From: Perkinsus chesapeaki ATCC PRA-425
Taxonomy: Eukaryota; Protista; Perkinsozoa
Reading direction: 5' to 3'
Assembly: GCA_013115145.1 (NCBI GenBank)
Contig: JAAPAO010000048.1
Location: forward strand, 40,027-104,026
Length of the DNA stretch: 64,000 nt
The stretch's first letter is position 1, and every line of letters starts with the position of its first letter. The notes beneath the pieces were generated by a model. The model saw nothing but the letters and a program-made list of their open reading frames with translations. It did no database searches and was not told the origin of the DNA. A program made the position numbers and the translations under genes. Of this stretch, positions 40,684-54,468 are shown piece after piece.

Positions 40684-42471
40684 ATGCCGTCCGCTCCGAC
40701 ACCACCGGGTATTGCTCTTATCCTCATCGATCATGGGTCGCCGTCCCCAGCTTGGAATGAAAGTCATGAAAATCTGCTCCCCAAAGTTGAGGCTGAACTC
40801 AATCGAAGAGGGTGAGTCTTCACCAACTGCTGCTTCTGCTTTACTGCTGTTGCTTATTAGATATCGTAACATGTTCGCAGCGATACGATGGTGTCATATG
40901 GAGTTTGTGCAGCCGAGTGTTAAGATGACAATGAATGAGTTGGAGGCTGAGGGTGAGTGTCGATAATGATGATGAAGGCTCCTGTTTGATGAATGAGGGA
41001 TCATTTTCAGGCATCACTCGAGTAATCGCTATTCCTGTTTTTGTGTCGGTCAGTTCGCATTCGGAGAGGGACCTTCCTAATATATTAAACATAAGATTTC
41101 ATCCAGATCAAGTAGATATGAGCGCATGCGTGCAGAAAGATACTCTGTATTTTTTACTAGGATTCAGAGATGGGGCGTTATACCGGTCGATTGCCGGTTA
41201 CTTTATGTACGCCCTTGGACCATCAACATAATTTACTCCCAAAAGTTATAACAGAACAAGCAGTTGAAATGATGGAAGAGGACGAGAACCGAGGTCGGCA
41301 GCAGTTGGAGTATCTTTTTGCACTGGGAAGATTTTTTCTTATCAGATCCAGACAGAACAGCAGCGGTGGTGTTATCACATGGTGATGGCTGTGAGCATTT
41401 TTGGAAGCATCTTCATCGGGCTATTAATAATCGCATCTTATCTCACACTGGCATCAAGACATGTGATGGCCTTTATGTTCAAACACTTCGATCACCTCAG
41501 GTATATCCACCACTTCTTCCTCCTCCTCCTCCTCCTCAACCCCATCATCATCGGGGAATATAAAACTCACACCTTCCATTCTGTTGTCATCCTTCTCTCT
41601 ATTATCTGATATATTATTTGCCTACTTGTCGATTTTTACTTGATATCGTCTTCGTAATCGTCTTCGTAATCGTCTTTATTATTAAACTTGTACCTTATTC
41701 AATGGTGTGTGGTCACTGACATGTTTATTTTAGTCCCAAAGAAGGTTCCGTGATTACTGCAAGAAGGTCCTGTCAGATGGTTCCATAGACACCCTATTAG
41801 TTTTTACAGCTTTTAACGGTACATCGGGCTCCACGTTCGTCACCAGAGCTGAAACTGGTCTCATCAAAAGGAAAGAGGAAGGTCAGTCCTCCTCCTTCTG
41901 GCTTCAATATCGCAATCTTAAATATTTCCTGTTCCTGTTGTATTTTGTATTTGTAAGCTATTTGTATAATCGTCTCTGTTGTATGACTTTAGGTATTCCG
42001 AGTGGTGTTGTTGGGTGTTCGAGCATATTCCTATCGAATCCATTGATGATAAGCTCTTTGGCCGACTGCGCTATTAATGCATGCCAAGTTATTACTGGAA
42101 GAAAAGAGGTCCCAGAATTAGATGGCGAAGAGAAGAAGGTATCTTAGCTTCATGCTTGCCTTTCACTCTTTGTTAACCTATCTACAAGATCCGCCTCAAT
42201 TAGGCAATGATATTGCCTTTCTTTGCTCAGTCTGTCCCTCCGTATAACCCACCATTTTGGCTCACCAGAGACTCCACTCCGGGATATAATGATAGAACTG
42301 TTATCGGTGACGTACCTAAATATAGCAGGTAAGAGGAGTCCAACAACTACTTGGCTCCTCACTTGTTTATATCCCCTCATCAGGAGCTCATCCCATCTAG
42401 GGTCCACTGATCCCATAAGGGCATCAGTGGACCGAGAATCTATCGATGAGATTAAGACAAGTGGTGCCTGA
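40684..42471 (+). CDS. CbiX/SirB-like class II chelatase, two-domain, paralogue 1, multi-exon
   Basis: LILIDHGSPSPAWN, WCHMEFVQPSV, RVIAIPVFVSVSSHSERDLPNIL, second-domain AVVLSHGDG. The C-terminal exon SVPPYNPPFWLTRD is shared with paralogue 2. Confidence 0.82.
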
Positions 42472-42716
42472 AAATCGGCGACCCCATCTTCCGTGATTTC
42501 TAGTAGTGGCAGTTTCATTCAATTGGATGGCGAGTTGAATAAGTGATAATTCACCAATAGGGAGTCTTTGAGAGTTACTGCAAGAGATATGATAGACTCT
42601 TTACAATAGGAACATACTCACTTCAAGGCACATGAGTTACGGCATAAATCCGTATTAGTAATAAGGCTAGATTAGGCAACCCTCCTGTTGACCAGTTCAA
42701 GTTGACTAGAGGTATT

Positions 42717-44357
42717 ATGTTAAGAACTCTCCCTCCTTCCAGAGTGGCATTGGTCTTCATAGACCATGGGGCACCAATGCCTTTGTGGAATGATAATCAT
42801 GAAAAGATGCTCCCTGTTATACAAGAGGAGCTTGAAAGACAAGGGTGAGCTGGTGGTTAATCCACACTACTATACCACATCACTTCAGTTGTGGTGATAT
42901 GTTTGCTGCTTTACGGTGGTGTCATATGGAGTTTGCTACTCCAGATATAAAGACAACATTAGACACTCTTGAAGATGAAGGTAAGAGAAAGAGGAGAAGG
43001 AATATGTGTCACATATGTTGAAGAGACGAGAAACATCCTATCGGACATCTCAAAGAGTGGTTATTCGACGTGGATATTTTACACCTCAACTCAGCCATGC
43101 CAATACTTACCCTTTGCAGGTATTGACAGAGTCATTGCAGTGCCGATCTTCATGTCGGTAAGCTCCCATTCGGAGAGGGACTTGCCAAATGTCCTCAACA
43201 TTAGATACCACCCTGACCAGGTAGCCGCCGCCGCCCCTGAGCCTCCTTCGTCCTCCATGTCATGCTCATCATGCTGTTTTTAGGATCCTAAGATTCCTCG
43301 CTATACAGGCAGACTACCAGTGACTATGTGCACTCCACTTGACCATCAAAATAATGTGCTGCCCTCCATTCTAGCCCAACAGGCTTTGAATATGGTCCAC
43401 GGTAACACAGACATGAACATCATCATCATTCCCTATAACCTCCTCCTATTTTAGAACCTCTGAGGAAGAGCGCAGTGTTGATACTAGCACATGGTGATGG
43501 CTGTGAACACTTTTGGCAACACCTTCTCCGTCGCATCATCCAGGAGATCGTCCAACATACCGGCGTCGGGTCGTGCGAGGGCTTGTACGTTCAAACGGCA
43601 CGCTCACCACAGGTGTGCTGCTGCTGCTTGGTTGGTTGATTCGTCTCTGTCATTCACCCTCTTAGTCACAACGAAGGGTTCTGAAGCGATCATCTGAGTT
43701 ATTGTCGAATGGATTCAACGAAGTCATTGTGCTGTCGGCATCCAATGGCACGACTGGAGCATCTTTCTTGGAGAGAATTAACAGAGGTTTACAAATTAGA
43801 GGCGAATCAAGTATTATACATCTTACAGCGATGCACTCGACGATTGGGACCCAAATCGTTATATTTTATTTTGCTTGGTCAATTTCCCTCCGGAGGCGAA
43901 TCACAGAAGCTAATCGATAATACTGAACATTGGTGATATGTGTATTTATGTTTATGGTTTAGGTTTATCCGATAGAGTAATTGGTTGCACTGAGTCATAC
44001 CTACTCAATCCCGTGCTCATCGAGGCTATTGTTAAATCTGCTATTGGAGCTTATAATGTATCCCAAGGTTTAAAACCGGTACCTTCCCTGGAAGGTGATG
44101 ATGAAGCCAGAGTACGCATCATCGTCATTCTGTCGTAGTGATTCTATTTAACTTCCGTTAGACTGTGCCACCCTATAATCCACCATTCTGGCTTACTAGA
44201 GACATCAACCCTGGTTACAACGATAGGACTGTTATTCAATACTTGAAGTCAGGAAGAGATGGCAATATGGTTCATGTTAGTTCATAGCTGATCATGGCTA
44301 CCAATAGCATTATTTGTATCCTGTGTTAGGTCAGTCGATGATGATGATATGAGTTGA
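42717..44357 (+). CDS. CbiX/SirB-like class II chelatase, two-domain, paralogue 2, multi-exon
   Basis: LVFIDHGAPMPLWN, WCHMEFATPDI, RVIAVPIFMSVSSHSERDLPNVL, VLILAHGDGCEHFW, TVPPYNPPFWLTRD. The 3' end is approximate. Confidence 0.82.
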
Positions 44358-44815
44358 TGCCTTTGAATGAAGTGGCAGTCTGAGTAACCCCTCCCACCCC
44401 GACACTGTCGCATTATAAGTTTTTATATAACTTACTCAACTTTTACATGCTTAAGAGTTTCCGGTAACATTATCGCCATTTTCGTATTGTTGATAAAGTA
44501 GCTGGTCATTTGGTGGTGTACCCAATTCTACCTCATAACGCAACAACTTCTAGCTCTCCCTCGCAGCTTCATTATTCTGTGAGAGGAACAGCGTTACCTC
44601 TCATTCTACGTAACACAATCGAAGTGTCCCCCTCTGTGAAGTATTAAATAGTATCGAAAATGGCGGTGAAGGATCAAGTTCGAACCGGTCTGTTATTGTG
44701 GTACAATCATAATGGCAGTGAGATGATTGACGGACCACCTGGGGGGGGAGTTCGAAGGTGAGTGGTCCTAAGGATTGTGGTTTAAGTCATCCTTGTCGAG
44801 TTTGGGAGTATGCGT

Positions 44816-45000
44816 CGAAATTGAAGTTCCTATATGCGAAATTGTTTTCACTAAAGTTGCGAAATTGTATTTCCTAGACAAGTGTAGCGAAATTGAAGTT
44901 ATTAAATCACCTCCCCGGTGAAATTGAAGTTACTAAACGAGGATCTTAACATAAATCTCGCTCGCCTGTCGAAATAGAAGTTACTATTGTCGAAATAGGC
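44816..45000. repeat. Cluster of 7 YGAAATWG(AAGTT) direct repeats, intergenic
   Basis: Copies at 44816, 44837, 44860, 44888, 44919, 44970 and 44991. Confidence 0.8.
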
Positions 45001-45139
45001 GTTGAAAAGGTGTAATGGTCACCATTTCAACTGCAGTAGTTAATATAATGGATAGCAAATCTACCTATTCATATACATATTCAAGCAGAGCTTACGGTAG
45101 AGCAATGAGAAGGTTACCAATAAAAGCTTTCAGTAGCTC

Positions 45140-45792
45140 ATGGACAGCAGCACTAGTGGGCAACACGTCAACAGAAATGAAGGTGAAGTTGAGCTCATAC
45201 ATTTCAAGCCATGAATCTTTTGAAGCTCCCTCAACACCTAGAGCGATTTGGTCATGAAGAGGGTCACGCTGTAGAGAGCAAGATCGGAAAAGGGCGATGT
45301 GCGAACAGAAGCGAGTGTAGCACACCGCATTGATGCAGTCAGGCAATGCACCGGCCGAGGCAGGGCTTGCAGAGCAAACGGCTATCTGGCAGAGATCTGC
45401 TGAACTCGCGATGTTTAAAGCTGCCGCTATTTTGAGGTAACCAGATGGTTAACTTGATAGAGATAACCCTATTACAGGGAGATAGCTGGGGCTTGTGATG
45501 ATGCACTGAGCAGCAGGCAGAGTAAACATAAGAAAGAGCAGGTCCGCATATTTAGTTTAAACAATTGTTAAAACCTTTCCAGGTTGTTACCATTCATCGA
45601 CATCACCACCAACATTTACATCTGCATAATCAGTCACCTTCAAAACATCCCGAGCCGAAGTGGGAGTGCTCCGCCTTATCAACTGTACGAGCCCTTTACT
45701 TCAGCACGCATGTGACGGGCACATCACGGTTATTTCCCACCGACGATGTTCACTTTCATGATCACATCCATCGCCATCATCACTTAATATGA
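45140..45792 (+). CDS. Hypothetical His-rich protein, multi-exon
   Basis: Exons end in ...QVVTIHRHHHQHLHLHNQSPSKHPEPKW...DDVHFHDHIHRHHHLI*. The 5' exon chain is only partly resolved. Confidence 0.45.
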
Positions 45793-46153
45793 CCTGTATG
45801 GTATAATTGTTGAGCTATTTATTTGCTGGATGGGCGGGAAGTTTACTATAGAAAATGCACACTCGTGGACCTTGACCTTTTTATTGTATAGATTACGGAA
45901 GTTGAGAATTCGAAGATTGAAAGCCTCGGACTCCTCGGTGGCAACAACTTGTTGCTTTGCCTTGCTATGCACACCCAAACTTATGACTCAACAGCAACTC
46001 GTCACGATAGAAAATAATCACTAACACATCATACTTCAGAAATTACTTGGGTCATAGGCGAACGAAACTCACGAACAAGGAGGCACGGCGTGACTACATA
46101 CTCATCAGAAGAATGCTGTCAATCAACAAGACATTACTGTAAAAGATTTCACT

Positions 46154-46372
46154 TTAGCATGGAATATCAGCGGCGGTACCAATCTCTTTAAGATTGTGGC
46201 ATTTATGATCCTCACCGCAATAGCTGAAGATGCAATCAGGACGTTCATTACAAATACGTTGGCAATGTTCACCACTTGCACGAAGAAGCTTATCCGCGAT
46301 CATAATGGCAGAACCAGCTTGAACGTAATTAAGTAGAAAAGAGATGATGGCAATGAAGGGGATGAGAGACAT
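46154..46372 (-). CDS. Small secreted 6-Cys protein (72 aa), intronless
   Basis: Signal peptide MSLIPFIAIISFLLNYVQA, then C-x3-C-x5-C-x2-SYC-x5-C-x2-L...IPC. Confidence 0.75.
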   Translation of the reverse strand: MSLIPFIAIISFLLNYVQAGSAIMIADKLLRASGEHCQRICNERPDCIFSYCGEDHKCHNLKEIGTAADIPC

Positions 46373-46684
46373 TATTATACGATAGAGGGGGAGATGACAA
46401 CTGGTGGAACTAATCCGGCTGATATCTAATTACCAATTAAGAAGTGTATAGTGTACGCATGCACATAATGAACATGCGGTAACGATGAAACGATTGTGGG
46501 TGCTTCAATATGGTCAAGCGATATTTTTTTATCGGATATATCCTGTCCCTCCTCGGCACTCTTTAATTGAACTAATCCACTAGTACGCGAGTGATCGGTA
46601 ACTCCCTTTCGTGACTGGCTAACTGATTGATCGCTTTTTCGAGAGGCCCATGAATCATAAATAACTACTCATAAGGTTGATCAA

Positions 46685-47270
46685 ATGTTAAGAAGTGTGA
46701 ATACTGTTGCACGATATGGAAGTAGAACACTCGGAATTGGAGGAGGAAAGGGTTCGCAAACAGTTCGTTTCATCTCACCTCGTTTTGATGAGAAAATAAT
46801 ATTTTTGATAGCGCAGTGCAACGTAGCGATAGTAAAAACCCGTGGGGAGGCGAGTGCATGCGTGCAGATCATTGTGATGCACGTACACCCAAACACAATA
46901 CGCAATCGACGAACCGCTTTGGGCTAAATACTGTTATATTTAGGCCCAACAAGGTTGTTTGTTAATTATTTTTTCTTAAATCCTAGGTAGGGAGATGTCT
47001 CTCGATGGTTAATAAACTGATTTACATAAATCGACAAGAGTATTGTCATTACTCATAATACCATCGTAGACATGGATAGCACCAATCTCTCAAACAATCA
47101 TCGAACTTAATTGAGACTCGGTGCTCTCCCCTTCCCACACTCCCGTACCATGGGTTTTTACCCCTCCGCTTCGGGATAAATCTACCAATGAACAATGTCA
47201 AAGACAGTGGTCGAATTATTGATATTAGTTGTTGTACTTGAAACGAAAGCTCGAGGTAAGAGCCAACAAC
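46685..47270 (+). CDS. Possible small multi-exon protein with a mitochondrial-presequence-like N-terminus
   Basis: MLRSVNTVARYGSRTLG is Arg/Ser-rich with no acidic residues and is followed by very short exon candidates. Chain unresolved. Confidence 0.3.
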
Positions 47271-47499
47271 AACTATCATGTGAATTTTATGCTACGTCAG
47301 AGTTACTAATTGCCAATAACTATTTCGGTCTTCCGTAATATCGACAGTTTCGTGAATGATGGCTTGCTGGGGATAAACGCTAAAAATGGTCCATCGGGAA
47401 ATGAGAGTACAAATTAGCACCCACCTGAATGGCGTGTTCGACAAGTGGACTTTCAGAATGAAGATTTGAGCCAAAACACAAGCACACAGTTTTGAGTGT

Positions 47500-49219
47500 T
47501 TTGTCTCTTTCGAGTGCCAATCGCATCAGTGATGCCGTAGTCCTGAAAAAAGAGCGTTATTATGAAAGTGGATCAATGCCAATCTACCTTATCGTAAGAG
47601 TCAAAGCGTCATCTGCTCTCATCTCAGTGCCACAACAAGCCTTTGGAGGATCTCCGTTAGATTCTACGACTAAATCTACAAACGCATAGTCTTTCAAAGG
47701 ATTTCATAGAACTTCTCCTACCTTGTGAAGGGTCCTCGGCAACGTTTTCTATCACCTCCTTCTACGCATAGCTTTTTGTTAAACCTTCTGGTCTTCCCTT
47801 TCGGTCAGCCACGGCATGCTTAGTCACGGGACGAATCTTCGCACGACATGCCATCCTTCATCAATTTCGGATGAATGGCTACTTCGAACCTGGAAACCTT
47901 AATCTAGCTGTGTTCGCACATATGTCGGGATTCTTCAAAGATAATACGCAAGGCAGGCGGGAAGAGTCATCGGTCGATGTGTGTGATCGTCCAACCGCGG
48001 CAATACGACTTCGACACAAGAGACGGTATCTGATTTGTTAATTGTCCACCTCGGGCAAGGAAAAGAGGATGGAGAGCGTAAAGATTGAGGTGGACAACTG
48101 ACTGACTGGCAGGCATCCCTTTCCCTCCTTGAAGCCTCATCTATGGTAGAATAACCATCGGCCTCCAGAGCAGATGACATAAACACAGAGAGACTTAACC
48201 TGATGACGGGTTAGTTGACTATGCCCAGTTGTGCGAATGTTATCATTAGTTTTTCAACTCGACTCTTCCTTTCCAGTTGAATAAGTATTTACCCATGATG
48301 CTAGTAATGGAATTCATGATTTATGGTTCAGAGTGGATTGGACTTTGTGTTATTCTGGGCATTATACATTGCTTTGCTGGAGTCGTTGTGATTAGTCACG
48401 AAATGCTCGTAGGAGTGATGCAAAAGGAAGTGGTTGTAGCGTCCAAGAGGAGGCATGCTTTGCTGCTTCGATAGTTGAGGCGACATTCCTCCAAATGGTG
48501 CAATCCTTTGCCTTTGGTTATGGAACTGTGAGCTCTTGAATAACTTTCCGATTGCGCTGTATGCAGTGAAGTTGAAGGGCATTCCATCGAGGCATGTTGC
48601 GTTGTGACATAGCAAGACATTCCCAGTTTGTTATTTTTGGGCGCCTTCGTTGGTCGGTTACTATCATTGGGGTTTCTGCTAACTGAAAACGCTCACCGAG
48701 AAGTAGAAATTAACATGAAGACAATGCTACCATCGGCCTGCTCGTCTTCGCATGCATTCTTCGTCTCCAGTGATAGCTTCAAGTGGTCGATCCGAACCAA
48801 AGCTTGCTGTGGATTCCTGTGATGTTCGCTACCTCACTACGAAGTTTATCCATCTCTAAGTTCAACTTTTCATTATCCTCTTTCAGTAAGCAGTTTTCCA
48901 GCCTATTGGGAGTAATACTCGAATCCTGTCGACCAATTCCCTACTTTACGGATTCCGCGTTGTTACGATAATCAATTAATTCTTCTTCAAGTTTCCGATA
49001 TCTGTCACGCCAATATCGATTGATGGTTGATCGACGATTGACTTGAGTTGAGAGTTCATCGTGACAGTCAACCACCTCCAGTCGTAACTTATCATGAATA
49101 GAAGCCTAAATGAGGGCTTCCTCATCTTCTATAATAATATATTCTACCGCATCACGGAGTCGTGCCTCGACTGTTGCTCGACGTTTCATATCTTCAACTA
49201 CTTCATTCAAGGATGGCAT
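47500..49219 (-). CDS. Hypothetical coiled-coil protein, multi-exon
   Basis: MPSLNEEVEDMKRRATVEARLRDAVE.., ..RYWRDRYRKLEEELIDYRNNAES.., ..LLKEDNEKLNLEMDKLRSE|. The 3' end is uncertain. Confidence 0.55.
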
Positions 49220-50039
49220 TAAAGATAGTGTATTTCGCTTGCTTGGAGTAATAACTATTAATGCCGTAACTGATTGATACAATAACGCCTCAACATATCA
49301 CAGACATTGGTCAAGTCTTATTTACATCCGTTCGATAACACAAGTAATTCATGACACGCATATTGCGGGAAAAATGTTCTTGTGACTTCAATGTTACGCG
49401 ACATGTCGAAAGCGCGAAATAAAAACAATCAGCACATTATACTTTATGGATATAACTTGGAGAAGCGGATGACAAGCAGTACTGCTTCCCTGCTTTCTGT
49501 GAATCATACGCTTGTAGAAGAATATTAAACTCAAAACCGTCTATCGCCCATTGCTGCCAATCAAACAGCACATAAAATATGCAAAAGCATATACAGCATA
49601 TCGTGCTGTACAAACAGCCTAGTCACTAGGCTCTACTGACAGTCTCAATTTTGTAAACAAATGTTAGCGATCGCGTTGACGAGTGCTGGTGGGCTAGCGG
49701 TGGTATACAGACGCATGCAGCATAAGTTATGCTCACTCTATAATATAGAGTCTATATGTGCTGAATTTATTGGCAGTCATCGCAAGTTGCGAACCGCAAC
49801 ACAAAATAGTGCGTGACATGTAACATGGGAAATCGAGCGCGAATCCGTTTCGCCCCATGAACCGCCCGCCTGTCGCGTTTACGGGTGATAGCGCGTAAGT
49901 AGTATCAAAAACGGAAAACCCGTATTACACTTAGGCTTATAATCGCGTCACGGACGCATAGTAAATAGGAGACGTTCATTTAGCCTCGCAACTGAGTCGC
50001 GGCGACTCTCAAGGTGACTGAAATTATCCTGGATACATT

Positions 50040-51650
50040 GAGGTGTTATTCAAAGGGATTACCTATGTCGGACGAAGGCTCTTCGTGTGTGAATTGCACT
50101 CGAACAAAGTACTGTATTTGAAATACACCAAAGTAGTACGAAAACCTCTCGCAAAACTAAAGAGTATCACCCTGAAGGTGCTCAAAGCGGTCTCCCTGCA
50201 GTCTCTGGACGAGCTTGAGTCCATCAATCACCTTATTTATCATTGCATGGGTGAGGAACTGCATAGTTCTGGCACACCGATTGAGGTCGCCCTTTTGTGT
50301 AATGTGGTAATGTCACGCCACTTCAGGAATGGCATTGACACTTGTAAAGGTGTGCCACTGTGCCACATGGAATACACCCAGAGCCTGGGAGGTCTGCGGC
50401 AGGGCTCCTGCCCAAGATACCTCGGATGTAATCTTGGGAGGTAGTACCCCGCGTTTGAATGAGCGATTAATCATTAGTATCATCATTGGCAACGATGAGA
50501 ACTTTTGAATGGTATAAGCCTCATACTATGAGGCCTGACTCGTCATTGGGTTAAAATACAGGTGAGAAATCCTCAGGGGAACAGTAGTTTCGCAACGCTC
50601 TATTATGAACCGTGAAGGCGATGCTGTCAACATCACCTTGACCTTACGATGACTTAGTTGGAAAAACAAATTAGCGTTAGCGGAGCAAAAGATGATCAGA
50701 AAACGCAAGACAAGATTAGAGCAAGTGAAACGAGTTGGTATAGGGAAAGATGGTTGAAATAGCAACCAATGGTTAGCTTAAAGGTGAAAACACTGGTATA
50801 GACCAGTTATCCTATTGAGAAGTTCCGAGCGACATGGATTTTTCGTCTGGGGTCAGGACGAGTAAGCACTGTCGAGTGGTTTGACAGCAGAATACTCCGC
50901 AACCCAGTGAGAATATATCGCTGCGTGCAAGGCGGGTATTGTTACTAAAGCTTCATGGCAAAATCGATCTTGTCCAAGGGCCATTCGGAAAGCGAGGTCT
51001 GTTGAAACTCGGATGTCTCACGAAGCTTCGTGACACCGAGAATTGTCCCTCCTATCCGAAAAAACCAACTACAACGCGGAAATACGGACTTGTCGTCAGA
51101 CTTATATGCGATCCACTGTGTAGGCCTGACGATCAGACGACTGTATTGTCTCATACTGGTGACGATAGAGTTAACCTGGAGGGGTAATACGGTTAATACC
51201 GTACTACTTGATACTGGGCTACCATATCAGTGCAGAACACAATTCATGGGACGGATTGAGTGAGACGATTATTATCCGCAACATACCAACAGAAAGCCTC
51301 CTTCGATCGATTGGAAGCCGTGATATGAACGAGTGTGAGAGTAACTGAATGATACTGTTCCTTGATCCTTGACCCTTTGGATGATTGTTCAGTAGACAAT
51401 ATCTACTGGCTCAACCAAGAGTTTGCAGCTGTCGGAGAGGCCGGTCAAGGTCAGGACGGTGGAAGGAAGAGGGTGATGGTTCGCCGAAGGCCGCCCGTGG
51501 TCTCCGGTAAAACCTGGGGTAGTTGGGGCTGGCCCTCCTACATGGAGTCATCGACTCCTCAGAGAAAGGTCCATGAGCGCGCGGCGTCACGCCCTCCTGC
51601 GCGCGCGTACGGAGCGCGACGTTGACTGGATACCTGCTGGATTCTACAAC
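50040..51650 (+). mobile_element. Probable decayed LTR-retrotransposon (gag-protease) remnant
   Basis: Intron-less, stop-riddled coding-like DNA containing the retropepsin-like context TIELTWRGNTVNTVLLDTG (51201-51218). No LTR pair or target-site duplication was identified. Confidence 0.4.
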
Positions 51651-52120
51651 GAGACACTATGGTGTATCGACATATTAAACACGCATGAGCAGGCCTGGGT
51701 GTCACTCATCCAAGAGTATCGTAACTCATTACGCATGATAACAGTATGAGAACATTCTTTTCTAACATTGTCAGTTTAACACTGAGGAATACGTTTTATT
51801 AACTAACCACTCCGCTTCACTTGTAAATGTTCAAGAGTTCTCCTGTGTGCAGCATTTCAAAATTAGCGTTTTAGATTAAATAATGATATCCGTAATAGCA
51901 CTCTGCAGGAACTTCTATGTGATAGACCGATGCCCTCAGCTGAGGGGTTATCGTCCATCGTTTATATGATTCACATTCTACCTACATTATGAAAGAATAT
52001 ATTACTTATTGTTCTCCTAGATTCTCAGATCATTACGTACCTACTTCGTTGGGTTCTTGCTCATCATCCTTTAGAGTTATTGGTCAGTTTAGTTAAAGCT
52101 TTCCCATTCTTAAAGAAGAT

Positions 52121-53870
<1,750 letters not shown>

Positions 53871-54468
53871 TGACGACCTTGACATGGTCTCCTGTTATAT
53901 CTGGTCAAAGTTGTATTCCATCTTGCCGCGTTGGTGATTGCACCAACGCTGAGAGCAAATCCAAACCTGAATTGCTAGAGTCCACTTTACGGAGTTAATA
54001 TGCTTTATCTCTTTCATCTCCATTATTGGTCCCAATTGTCCATCTGTTGTTCATCTTTTCTCGCTGTATTTGTACAGCGATTTTCATTTCATTTATTGTC
54101 GTACATAAGCGTTATGAGTTATACGAGTTGACGTCAATGGCTCGAATCTGAGGGAGTAGCATATAATATGCTGCATATTGGCGCAAAATCGTTCTGTGTT
54201 CCCCACGTTTCCGAGAATAACTACGGGTAGGTCTCTCGGTCTATTCTCATACTTATTGATTAATGCTATATGGCTCTGAACTTACCCCATCACTGGACAT
54301 TCACCCAAGTCTCAGTAAACACAGGGGTTCCGCAACAGAAGGGTTCACATTACACGCGGCAGGTTGCCCTTCATATTGATACATGTATAGTGTATTTTCT
54401 CTATAACACCAGTTGATGTGAACGCAAGACCGATAAGACTACGATGGTTGGATGATACCGCAATTTCA

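Noticed and set aside
42150-42518. 122-aa minus-strand ORF between the two chelatase genes
   Set aside because: The plus strand here encodes the last exons of CbiX paralogue 1 (SVPPYNPPFWLTRD, conserved in paralogue 2), so this is an antisense shadow.
50040-50460. Specific reverse transcriptase or integrase assignment for minus-strand fragments (GYY..RLHP, SMPF, YH.TQKG..NR)
   Set aside because: Motif spacing does not fit either domain and no YxDD or full DDE set is present. Only a generic remnant call is kept.
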